Source: Bigelowiella natans CCMP2755 (taxonomy: Eukaryota; Protista; Cercozoa). Taken from it: a stretch of DNA of 64,000 nt. Every line of letters begins with the position of its first letter. Position 1 is the first letter of the stretch. The stretch covers positions 20,698-84,697 of the forward strand of contig ADNK01001003.1 in assembly GCA_000320545.1 (NCBI GenBank). The letters are read 5' to 3'. The notes below the pieces were generated by a model, which saw nothing but the letters and a program-made list of their open reading frames with translations, was not told the origin of the DNA and did not search any database. Position numbers and translations under genes: made by a program. Shown piece after piece: positions 28,501 to 41,652 of the stretch.

Positions 28501-31500
28501 ATGCGGGAAGGCAATCGACATTCCTGTTCACGTCGAAGATGCAGAAACGAACGCCAAAAGCCCCCCTTCGCATCCCCATCCGCTACGCCCAATGCGCATA
28601 CCCCACCTTCAGCTTCCTCGAGGGCGCACCGGGCAGCTACTTCAGAGACGATGACAGTAAGAAGCAGGAGCTCTTCGACTTCGTCGGGCTGGCCAACGTC
28701 TCTGCGAAATTCGAGAATTCAGGCGAGATCGACGAGGACACCCGCGGGGTCTTTGTCAATGAGAAATCTCGGCTGGTTATCGACGCGGAATTTCCCGTAC
28801 CGTTTGGCCTTCGCGGCGAACAGATGGAGGATGAGCTGGCCGGTGGCGACGGTATGAATAGCGAGGTCGCGTCGCCGAAGACGCCCAGTGCTCGTAGTCC
28901 CACAAGCCGCGTCGTCCTAGGAAAGGCATTTGACGACGGCGGGGACGTTAAGATGGGATTCCCAGAACCAGAGTCCCCTTCGCTCAGTCTCGACAGCAGC
29001 ACGGGGGCCGGAAACGGAAGCCTGACGGTGGTCTCCTCTGCTCCAACCAAGGGGCGCGACCCATTCACGACCAAGGGTATGACAGCTTCCTTCTTACTCA
29101 GATTCGACCCCACAGAGAAGTTCAGCGGCCCCGTCAAGCTGGTGTCTCTGGGCGCACTACCCGGCGAGAAGAAGACGGGAAAAGGCGAAGGGACGCAAGT
29201 CCAGCTCGCAGAAGCAGAGCCAACAGCGGGCGCCTTCGAGCTCTTCCTAGAAGACGACTCGTCGATGTCGCTGCGGCTGTCTGACGGCAAGCGCAACAAG
29301 CAGCACAAGTTCAGGTTTCCATCGGGCGGGCGGCTGCTCGACAAGTGGTATCATGTGTGCCTGGTCGCGCAGGCGCTCTCGTTGGGCGACGCCGATGCTG
29401 ACTCAAAGGAATCATCCCAGAAACAGGACGAAAGCGAGATGACACCAGTCGTGCAGGTCAGCGCGTACGTGGACGGGCAGGTGGCAAGCACGGTCTCTAT
29501 GGACAAAGCAGAGGTAGAGCTGAGCCTCTCGCACATGGCACGCTGCCTTCCAGGCGGCGGAGCAAAGCGCTCGCGTGTGGTAATATCTCAGGGCCTCCTT
29601 GGGTACATCAAGAGCGTGAACCTGTACGCCTATGAGCTCCCACAGGTCTTCATCTCAAGGCTGGCCGCCAACATGGGCACCAGCTTCACTTACCTCGACG
29701 CCATGCGCAAGAGCGCGTATTCCAAGTCGGTCGAGACCTATGACTTCGGTATGATGCGTCGCCAGCTTCCGAAGAACTTCCGTGTGATCAACACGCCCCA
29801 GAAGGTGGTGGTGGAGGGCGCCAAGACCGACGGTGAGGATAGGTTCGAGGAGGTCAAGGACGATACCAAGCGGGCCGCGCCCACGACCTTCACCGCCGAC
29901 ACAAACATCGAGGTCCCAGAGCTCGTGGACGCTATTGCGAAGTCTTCCGTTACGGGTACAGAATGCTACTCCGTACAGGAAGAGACGTATCTAGAGGTTG
30001 ATCGAAGGCTCGGCGTTGACGAGAACATCAGCGAGGGCGGCGTGCAGAAGCTTAATCGCTACTCCGTCCTTATGGATGTTTGGTTCCCACAGTTGCCGGA
30101 GCGCCGGCAGTCACTCTTTGCGACTAGCCTTGACCGCAAGAAGGTGAAGAAAAAGAATGCCGAGGAGGAGGAAGGAGCCGAGAACCAGGATGGAGGCGCC
30201 CTAGGGGAGCTTGCATCCGGAGGCGGCGGTGGCCCAGGCGGCCTTCCAAAAAAGAAGAAAAAGAAGAAGAAGAAGAAGAGACGCAAGAACTTCAACCAGC
30301 CTGCGAACTGGCAGCGCGTTAATGGAAAATGGGTCAACGTGCAAGAAGGCGGTGGAGGCGGGGGTGGTGGTCAACGAGTGATCATGATGCCTGGAGCCAG
30401 GGGACAGATGATGATGATGATGCCTGGAATGATGATGCAGCAAGGGGGAGGGGGTATGGCTGTTGGCGGCGGCGGCGCTGGCGGCCAGGGCATGAACTTC
30501 CAGCAGCAAATCATGGCTGCTATCTATGGTATGGGGGGGGGAGCTGGCCAGGGCCAAGCGGGCGCTCCAATACCAGGCGCAGGAGGGCAGGCAGGGCAGC
30601 AGCAGCCTGGAATGAATGGAGGAATGGCCGGTGACGGCCAGCCAGGCGAACAAGCAGGACAAGCAGGACAAGCAGGACAAACCGACGGACAAGCTGGCGC
30701 TGAAGGTGACGCGGGCGGAGAGGATCAGGAGCCCGGTGACGGAGAGGGGGGCGACGGGGGCGACAACGCAGAGGCCAACGCTCAGTTGAAAGAGATGCAG
30801 CCCCCCGTGATGAGCCCGGAGGTGTACGTGCGCACGGACGGGAAGGTAGGAGCCCTTGGACAGTTCGGTGGTAAGCAAGCTGCAACCATCTCTGCGCTGG
30901 AATGGCAGAGGCTGATTGTATGCGTCGACCTTGAGAAGAAGATCCTGGACGCGTACGTCAACGGCATTCCTGCCCTCCACCTCGAGGAGACGGCCGCCGA
31001 GAAGTCCTACTTCCAGAAGCAGTCAATGCAGGAGCTCGGTGATGCGCAGGGCGGCGACAAGAAATCCTTCTCCGTCGGCGAGAAGATCAAGGCCTTCTGG
31101 AAGGGCGGGGGGAAGAAGTACGGCGGTGTGGTGAAGAACGACAATCTAGACGGCACCTACCACATCCTGTATGACGATGGAGACGTAGACCAGCGCTGCC
31201 CTGAGGAGCACATCTTCAAGACATACTCACCCCACTTCTGGGACCCGTTCAATTGGGCCACGAAGCGTAAGGGCGAGGGCTTCAAACTCACCGAGAGCAA
31301 TCGGCGTGTGACCTACGAAGGCTCTGGCTGGCAGACCCTCCACGGGGACGCTGTGTGGAAGGCGAAGAGCGGTATTCACGAGTTTGAAATTGTGATTGAG
31401 GAGTGGAAGACCACGGACGACCTGGGAATGGCGCTGGGCCTTGTTCCCGCAGACTCAAAGTTCAAGATCTCCAACCCCATCGGTTACCTCACTACGCCGG

Positions 31501-34500
31501 GGTGGTCGTTCATGCTAGGGAACGGGACAAAATGTCACGAATCGCAGCCCAAGGTGTGGATGGAGAAGGGCTTCCACCAGATTGGTGAACGGATTGGCAT
31601 TCAGTACGACGCCACAGCGGTCAGATGACCGTTCTTCATAACGGTAACGCGCTAGGGACGGCTTTCCACGACATCAAGGGCGACGTACGGCCCGCGGTGT
31701 CGTGCCTCGGGAAGCATCGATTCGCGTCAATCTTCAACAGCAATGCCAAGGTGGGCGTGAAGCACGACAATAACTCCCTTCGGAGCATGACTCTTAAGAG
31801 CAAATTCGAGCGCTTTCAGCTCGGGTCCAAGTTCTGGGTTTTCGCCGACGCGAACAAAAAGTTCTCACGCGCTGCCAAAATCCGCAACTTCCAGCTCATG
31901 GACGTGTATCTGACTGCGAAGGAGGCCGGGGCGATGCAGGCAGCTGGCTCGCGCCTGATGAGCACCGACCACTTGTACTTGATGACGCAATCGCTGCGCA
32001 GCATGGATATGCCCATTCACTGGACGGTCAAGGCGCTTGTCGCAGCAAAGGGCGACCAGCGGCGTGCGAGCGACTGGCTGGTCTTAAACAAGGAGCATCT
32101 TGGGCAGATGGACGAAGTTGAGAGCCAGAAAAAACTCGTTACCCAAGATGTCTTCCAGGACTACGGGCTGAAATACGTGCGAATCGCGCTGCAGAAGTGC
32201 CATGGCGACATCAACGGTGCAGTCCGGTGGCTCAAGACCGCCAAAGGCCATGAGATGTTCCGTGTGAAGAAGGAGCAGAAGCAGAAGAAGGACAAACAGA
32301 CTGAGGAGAAGCTGATGCTCGCCCTCAAGACTCCAGACGACAATCAAGGGGAGGCGGACGAAATCAAGAAGGAGGATGATGACTATGATGGCAGTGACCC
32401 ATCTGACCTCATGGGTGGAAAGGTCTATGCTGTCGGTGGAGGCACGGTAAATAATAAACCTGTGATTTTCTTTTTGAGTGGTCGGTCGGAGCATCGAATT
32501 TGCTCTCCCCCCCCCCCCAAAGTCTCCTACAGCATAGACCGATTGGATTGTGTATGATGATAGTGGCGGTGGTGATGATGTTTAATAGTGATGTACGGGT
32601 GGAGGATAGGCGATAGATCGTGTAGTGTAGTGACATATGATCGGTGTCCGAGTAATGTAATGTGAATGATATAATGATGGATGGTGATAGGTATCTGTAT
32701 CTTGTATAATAGTGAATTCTAGTCGCGTGAGTACCCACATCATAGCATCACACGCCTTCAATACGAAATCAGGGTTACTGCACGGTGCTACCTCCAAACG
32801 GTCAAGCCAACAACTACTACAACGCCTCTACCCTGTTCGAGCACTCATTGCACGACCCAAAGGCGAACATCGTAAAGGTTGCTGCCGCCAATCACCAAGT
32901 CCTCGCCATCACGGACGACGGGAAGCTGATATCGTGGGGAGGCAATGACTCAGGCCTGTGCGGCATCGGATCAGGAAACTCTCGTATCAGGACGCCCATG
33001 GAGCCCGCTGCGCTCAAGGGCAAGACTGTGATCGACGTCTCGGCATGCGACACGATGAGCGCGTGCCTCACCGATGACCACAAGGTATGGGGGTGGGGCA
33101 AGAACGACAGCGGTCAGCTGTGCACCTCAAACACGTACACGACGCAGTGGACTCCAAAGGAGATGCCCTTCCCAGAGAGGGAGTGGGATATGCTATGCTG
33201 CGGGCGGCAGCACTTGATTGTCTCCGACGGCCGAGAGATTTACGGGTGCGGAAACAACCAGTACGGACAGCTCGGCATTGGCAACACGAGCTATCGTAAC
33301 AGCACCCCTCTTCAGATGGCCTGGAAGGCCGAATACGGCCCCATCGTCGCGTTGGCGGCCGCGGACTATGCCTCCGGGGTGCTGACAGGGGAAGGTAAGG
33401 TCTACATCTGCGGGGGGCCATCGCAGCTCTGCGGGCAAAACGGAACCGTGAACGAGAAGTTTATGAAGGAGGTGCCAAATCTCAAGAACGTCGTCGTGCT
33501 CAAGATGAAGAAAAACTACGTCTATGCGATTGACAGCGACGGCAAGCTGTTTGGATGGGGCTCCGGATACATCGGAAATCAGACCAACTGGGGCAGCAAC
33601 CAGAGTGTCAAGTCCCCAGCCCCAATCACAATGGGCGGGCTCGGCAATGAAAGAGTGATCGACGTGAGTAACTACACCCACATCGCCGTCTTGTGCGAGT
33701 CGGGCAAGATCTACAGCTGGGGCTCTGCCTCCAACGCAATGGGCCAGGCTCGGGGTTCCTACAACCCCAAGCTTTCGAATCTGAACACCCAAAGCAAGAA
33801 GTTTTTCTCCATCGAGTGCGGAAACTACACTACCTTCGTGCTCACCAAAGAGACGGGCTCCACCAGCTTTCTCATGCGTAAGCGCATGTCCTTGCGCGAG
33901 AGCAGCAGCTCCGGGAAAAAGGACAGCGCCAAAAGTAGCGTTGAGATGGTGCAGGAGCGTGCCACCCTGCCGCCTTTCCCACACTCCGCCGTGCTCGTAG
34001 GCGACCCTTCTAACCATATGAAGAACGCCAAGGAGCAGTTCTTTAAGCAGGGCGACGTGATCGGCGTGAAGCTGGACATGCGCATCGGGACCCTTGAATA
34101 CTTCAAGAACAAAAAGAGCCTGGGTGTCGCCTTCTTTGGCATCCACCAGAGCGTGCGAGCCGCTATCTCTGGTTTCGGGGTCCAAAACGTCACGCTACAA
34201 AGCCCTGCTCCATGGCTAGAAACTGCCTCGAAAGGGCCTGAAGCTGACCTGGAAACACCTGAGGATGTGAAGATGAAGGCTGACATCGAAGGGCAAAACC
34301 CTTCTGATATAAAAGACTCGGAGCACGATAGCGGGAAGGAAGGTGATGGCGGTTTGATGGAGAAGACAACTACCTCTACAGAGGATAGTGAGGGAGGGGA
34401 TGCTGATGGTACCGGCGCTGGCACTGCTTTATCCTCCGCCATTATCAAAGAGCCGCAGCTTCAGATCGATCTCGAACAGGCTAATAAGAGAATCCTTATG

Positions 34501-37500
34501 ACCTGGATGTACCGCATGCGTCCCAGCTCGCCTTACTCCTCGATTTCCGTCGTCAAGGACCCCGACCCCAAGTCGCTAAAGACGGCCAAGACGTGCTGTC
34601 GCAAGCAAAACCGCGAGCAGGTGGAAGTCGACCGCAAGGTGACCCTCGACAACGGGATGGTCATGCTGCACCTGCGCGACAACTCCGGCTGGATCAACGC
34701 GCACGACTTGCGGGATCCCAAGATGCCGATTCTGGAGCGCACCTCCACGCGCCGTTACGAGACCGCCGGCGACGAGGAGGACGGCAAGGACGGTGGGCTG
34801 CCCACGGACATCGCCGAGGGGGGCTTCGTCTGGCACCCGAAGAAACGCTCCAAGCTCCTGCTCCTCAAGAAGCGCTGCCGCGAGGCTGCCTTCTCACGCC
34901 AGCGCTGGGAGACTGCGATTGGCTCTGAAGTGTTTTACCCAGAAACCAGCGTGTACACGTGGCAGGTTAAGCTCGACCGCGTCGATTTCAAGAAGAACAC
35001 CTGGGGCATCGTCATTGGAGTTGTGCCCTCTGGCTCGGGCGCTGCGGACCAGGTAGATTAGCTGTTAGTAACGAAGAAGAAGAAGAAGAAGTAGTAGAAG
35101 AAGATAGATTTTGGTACGTAATGGTGGTGTTAGCGTCAGCAGTTGGTAGTAGGGGTGAAGAGTACTGGAGAGACAGGAAGAAGATGGGGAAAGTCGCAGA
35201 TGAAATGCACGGTTCTTCCCCTTTTTGGTGCGCTCATATTGCTCATCTCTTCTCTTTCTCCCCTTTGTAGGCTCTCGGAATGCAAGGCAATCCAGGATGG
35301 GGTGTGGTGGTGGGAACCAACCAGCGCGTCACCAATAGCGTGCTCTCCACCTACTACAACCACCAATTAGTTGACGTGCTCACACGCCAGCATACCGTCA
35401 GCGCGATCGAGACGCTGCCCCTGCACCGTCTACCGCCGACAATCAACGATTTCGCCAAGCGCTCGCTCAAAGGCCGCTCCCTGCGCGCCGACGACGTGTT
35501 TAGAATCCAGAAGGCGAGCCTCTCATCCAAGGACCGTGCGGTCGAAGTGAAGGGCAAGAAGCAGCTCGCTGGGTCGACCCGCGTCCGGCAGGTGCAGGAC
35601 GGCTTCCATACGCTCCTGTGCGAACCTTTCCTCGAGACAGGAATCCACTATCTCGAGGTCTTGTTTGTTCGCAAGGGCGCTGACGCCAAGTTCGAGAACT
35701 ACATCGGGATCGTGGACGAGAAGGTAGAGGCCAAGCATCTGAAGGGGAAGACTGTCGCGCAGGTGGGATGGGCCATTGGCATGGACGGCGCGAAGCACAG
35801 GCAGGGCGCGCGCGTATCGTACATGGGGAAAAATTTCGATGTGAACGACCTGGTGCAGGTGGAGGTCGACATGACCAACAAGAGCATTCGCTTCGCGTAC
35901 AACAGCCAATGGTACAGCATGGCCTACGATCAGATCAACGTGAAGAAGGCCCGTTTCGCCATCACGATGCGCTATCCTGGAACCACGATTGAGGTTCGGT
36001 GTAAGAGCAGCTTCGGCTTCGGCATTGATACGCTCAATTTCAAGGACTACAGCCTCAACAAGCTGGCCCTGGAGAAGAAGTCGTCGAGCATGAGTATCGC
36101 GCGAGTCTTGCCGCAGTTGCAGGAAGGTCGGCAGGAATTCGAAGTGCGCGTTGGGCAACTGTCAGAACTCGGCGAGGCAAGGAGCGAAGAAGGAAAGCTC
36201 CGTCACATCGGTATCATAAAGCCAAATGTGACCAATTTCACCAACTCCACTGTCGGGTCCGTCGGCTGGGCGCTGTTGAGTAACGGGCGTGTCATGAATC
36301 ACGGCGTTGTCAAGAAGTACACCGATCCGCTCAAGGCCGGCGATGTGGTCACTGCCCACATCGACACGGAGGCGGGGACGCTCTCCTTTAGCATCAATGG
36401 CGGCCCGAACCTTGGCGATGCGTTCAAGAACATTCCGTCCGTGTTCTACGCTGCCATCTCGCTTTCGACCATCGGCGATCGCATGGAGCTGCTGCACGTC
36501 ACATTGCCAAAGCCCAAGCTCGCAGCGGTGGGACAAGGATCTGGTGGCGGCGATACCGAGCAGGAGCTCAGGCTTCTGTCTGACATTCCTGATGGTCTAG
36601 GCATGGAAGCTGCTGTTGAGAGAGAGCTCAGAAATCCAGGCAAGTTTGTCCCGATAAACCTAGAGAAGGCCGCGAAGAAAATCAGCTCCGCCTTCTTCGA
36701 CGTGAAGGGCAACATGCTGAAGAAGACCCAGTCGCGGCGATATACCGCCGTTCTCGAGGAGCCACTCTATTTTGGCAAGCGATACTGGACGCTCCGCATG
36801 TCCAACATCGAAAACCCGGGCACCACGAGCCAGAACTACATCGGAATCGTAGATGCGGATGCCCGAGCTCTGAATGTAAACTCGAGCCTAGGCTCCTGCG
36901 GGTGGGCGATCACGTGCGTTGGCGATAAGATCGTCAAGGTCGCCAAGGACAAGCAGATGGGCGCCTACGCGCTCAACACGAGCTTCGGCCCCAACGACCT
37001 TGTTCAAGTCGCAGTGGATATGGAGAAGCGCGAGATGTCTTTCTGCATCAACGGCAGGGACCTAGGCGTCGCGTTCACGGACCTACCGGAGCGCATCTTC
37101 CCAGCCTTCTCAATGGACGCTCCGAACTGGAGCATGGAGGTGGTGAAGCAAGGCAAGGACTTCTTACTGGACTCGCTGCGTCGCGGCAAGGTCAGCCTTT
37201 TCAACGGCGGGCGCACGGCCCTCATCGCCAGCGACCAATGGCAAACCGTGCACGGTGACAAGGAGTTTATACCAAACTCCGGAGCATACACGTGGGAGTT
37301 CAAGCTCCACGACTTCGACCTTGAGCGCTCAGAGAGCCTCGTCGTTGGTATCGTGCCCGCCAACCAGTCTTATCTACAACTGGACCCCATCGCGCTGAAT
37401 CTGCAAGGCTACGGCTTGGTCCTCAACACCGCAAGGAAGCAGCGCGTGCGGTTCAAGGGTGTCGCGCAGCCTTACGGGGAGAAAAAGGGCATCAGCGGGT

Positions 37501-39925
37501 TCGTCCCTGGTGACACTGTCGGCGTCTGCTGGGACAGCAAACAGGGCACTATGGAGTTCTTCAAGAACGGGGTAAGCCTTGGAGTCGCCTTTTCGGAATT
37601 GGACACCACCATTCGCTACCGACCTGCGGTCTCTGCAGTCGGCAGGGCGCGCTTCACACTCACAGCGCCCATCCCACTCAACATCACCTGGAAGAGCGAC
37701 TCTTTCGGCGACAACTTCATGCTCGACAAGCAAAGCATGAAGCTGGTGAAGACTTCTCCGGGCCGCGCGACCGCAGTGGCCGAGGCCGAGCTTACACGCG
37801 GCGTGCACAATTGGCGCATTATGTACGAGGCGCCCCCAACCTCGCCTGCGATGAACAACTTCGTCGGTGTCATCGACACCAAGAAGGCAGCAACTGCTAA
37901 GGTCGTGGGGGAAAAGTATCTAGGACTTATTGGCTATGCGGTGTCTACGGCGGGCTTCCGATATAACAACGGCAAGTCCACCCAGTACATGGGCACACAG
38001 CGTGCGGGAGACGTGATCGATGTCCATCTTGACATGGACTCGCGCACGATGCGCTTCAGCCTAAACGGCGTCGACTGCGGCCCCGCATTCACCGACCTTC
38101 CTGAGTCCGTCCGCCCGGCGATTTCAATGCAATTCGCTGAGACATCGTGCCACGTGCTCAGCAACCTCGACGCGAAGACGGAACAAAAGAACCAGGCGAA
38201 ATCCATCGAGGAGGAGATCGACACTATCATGTTCGAGCAAAAAGGGGACTTGAAGGAAGCGGAGGTGGTTGAGCCTCTCCGCTGGTCGCAAACGCGAAAG
38301 CACAACCGCATCACACTCGAGATGGGAGACTCCTACGCGAAGATGGAAAGCAATAATTCGTCCTGTTCCACAGTACTTACGGACGAGGTGTTTACGACTG
38401 GTATACACAAGTTCGACATCAAGGTCACCGCCGGGCAGGCCACTGCCAAGCGCAATTTTATGCTCGGTATTGTTCCAGAGGACCACAATCTGAATGTCAG
38501 TGGGAACGACTACGTCGGAAACTCTCGCATGAAGGGCTACGGGATCTACCTGAGCACCAGCAGTTGGAATTGCTACCACAAGGACAACCCGAAGAGCCTC
38601 AACGATCCAAACTGTAAGGGCAACCAGTTCGAGAGTGCGACCATCGGCGTCGTGCTCAACATGGACGAGCGGAAGGTGACTTTCTTCAGGGATGGATGCG
38701 AAGGCACGCCGATCAATAAAGCCTTCTATGAGAACATACAGGGAGGTCCTGGCTTCCGCGCCTGCCTCTCGCTCTTTGGGGGAGAGGGTTCTATTACACG
38801 TGTAGACGGTAAAATGTCAGGGCCCGAGCAGTTCAATCCCGAGGCCAAGGGGCCGCAGATTGCGCTGACGGACGAGAACTCGTCAGTGTCCTCGATGTCG
38901 ATGTCGCACTCGTGGAACACAGTCTACGGCAGCAAGCTCGCGCGACAGGGCCTGCACATTTGGAAGATACGCGTCGACCGCTACCTCGCGATGGCGCAGG
39001 GGAATAATTGGTGGTGCATCGTCGGTGTGGCCAGCTCGATCCACAACACGATGTCATATCTGTCGAACCACGGCTCCGGGTTCGGCTACATCTTACAGGG
39101 CATGAGGACGGATGGGAACAGCGCCGTCAAGTACGGGAAGCCGGTGAAAGCAGGCGACGAGATCGTCGTGGTGCTCGACCTGAGCAAAGGCACGCTGCGA
39201 TTCAAACTGAACGGCGAAAGCCTGGGCACGAGCCACTCCAACATCCCCAAGGGGTCTTACAGGCTGGCAGTTTCCCTCGGCCATCGCGACACACAACTAA
39301 CGCTTCTGGGCCACCTTGCCGACAGTTCTGTCACTGGAGAGTTCTTCGACCCGATCAAGCATGGCGCTGGTGTGATGATTTCCGAGTCGGGGAACAGTGC
39401 GACCTTCGGGGGAAGCGTCTGGTCCACCGCGCAGGGCTCCACGGTCTGCTAATGCCATCCTTCTGATCTACCTCTTCCTCCCCCTTAACTAACTCCTCTC
39501 CCTAACCCTTTTCCTTTCATTTTACCTTTTCTCCCCCCCGCCCTCTCAACGTATTATATTCGCGGAATAATTTGTGGCATTCATCAGATCATGGAGCCGA
39601 ACACGGGTTTGTACAACTGGTCGGTAAAGATCCGTAATCTGACACCGAGGCCGAACTCTTTCGCAGTGGCCCTTGGCCTCCAGCCTGCAAAGGCTCCTTT
39701 CAACATCTCCGGGGACTGTATCGGCCACAACTTACAGCTCGGGGGCTGGGCACTCATTCTCGGGACTGGGCAGAAGGCCTCGGGCGGAAAGCGCTCCGGC
39801 TACACGCATGCGTTCAGCACAGGGGACGTGGTCGGCCTGCACTACGACTCCAATAATGGCCACCTCAGCTTCAGTCGCAACGGTATCGGGCATTGCTCAA
39901 GAATATACATACGTTTGTGTATGTA

Positions 39926-39956
<31 letters not shown>

Positions 39957-41561
39957 GTTTGTATGTATATTAATTCATGAATACATTGAGAAAGGGGGTG
40001 GGGGGTTAGAGATCAGTAAGGCACTCATTATCATCATTACCATCATCATCATCACCATCATCACCATCATCACCATCATCACCATCATCATCATCATTCA
40101 TGATGTCGTCGTCATCATCATCATCATCATCATCACCGTCTTCAGGCCTCGGACTGGGGCTGGCGTTCATGATTCCCCGCGAGGCCGTGCGCACGGCCGC
40201 CTCTGGGATCTACAACCAGGAGCTCGTCGCCTTCCGTAGCAAGGAGCAACCCCGCGTCGACTTCTCTCAGCCAACGCTTAAGAACTTCTACTTCGAGGGC
40301 AACAATGTGGTGCGCAAGGTGACCAACGAGCGCTGCACGCTTCTATTCGACCCAGAGATCGAGGAGGGCGTACACGTCTTCGAGATCCGCTATCTGGATC
40401 CAGTAGATGATGAGAAGGACAAGAAGAAGGAGGCGGCCATGGGCAAGGACGGCAAGTCCTCCTCCGGCAGCACCGATAAAGGCCAATCAGAGGCCGGAAA
40501 CAACGGCGAGAAGCAGGGATCCTCGAAGGAAGAAGCAAAGAAATCGACCGTCAGTCCAATGGATACTAGCGTTTCCCACCCAATGAATAACTACATTGGC
40601 GTCGTAGATAGCAAGCACGCTGGTAGTGAACTGAATAAGTACTTGGGTGCTGTCGGATGGGCTTATTCCGGGGGATTCGTGTTTAGCAAGGGACGAACGC
40701 GCCGGTGGGGCATCCCTCTCAACCGCGCGGGCGACGTTGTTCGGCTTCGCGTTGACATGGAGGCCAAGCAAGTTCAGTACATCCTCAACGGGCAGGAGTT
40801 CCCGATTGTGCCAGATTACCAGCTTCCCGGCTCCGTGAAGCTCGCAATTTCCATGCAGCACAAAGGCTCGCGCTGTCTGGTTCGCACGGTCCACGAGGAG
40901 AAGGACGACGAGGACTCGGACTCGAAGAGCGGTATGCATCTCGACAAGGTCAACTTGCAGCCGAGCTACTTCACGGTCACCAACAACTTCACTAGGTTCC
41001 GGAAGTTGACCAACGCGCGGTCTACTGTGCGGTTCCTGCCTCTCGTCAAAACCGGGTCGCTCAAGTTCAGCATCAAGATTCTCACGCAGGGCCAATCGAC
41101 CCCCAACATGTACATCGGCTGTGTGCCGGCGTCGTGCGCCGCCAACCGGCTCAAGACCGACTATCTAGGCCGATTGGGTTACGCTTGGTGCTCGGGGGGG
41201 CAGAAATGGCGCACGGGGAGCTCCACCAGCTGCGGCGGCCATAAGTTCAGCGTTGGGGACGTCGTCGAATGTACTATTGACATGAACAAGAAGCATCTCA
41301 GCTTCGCGAAGAACGGCAAGAACTTGGGAATGTTTTACAGCGACCTCCCGAGCGAGGGCGTGTACCCAGCTTTCTCGGTCCACTACCAGAACGCGAGCGT
41401 GCAGGTCATTTACAAGATGGACGCCGACGTGCCCGGCATGGGCTCATCCTCCTCCTCGGATGAGCAACTTGATGAGAAGAAGAAGAAAGAGATGCTATGG
41501 AAGAAGGGCGTGCTGGTTGGCCCCTCCAACACCGTCAGCCTCAAGGTGCTGCTGCTCCCCT

Positions 41562-41652
<91 letters not shown>

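Noticed and set aside
31585-31625. Tiny intron (20-nt GT..AG or 5-nt GTCAG) explaining the E3 frameshift
   Set aside because: The 20-nt removal deletes the conserved SPRY GERIGI motif, and 5 nt is implausibly short. A 1-nt indel is simpler.
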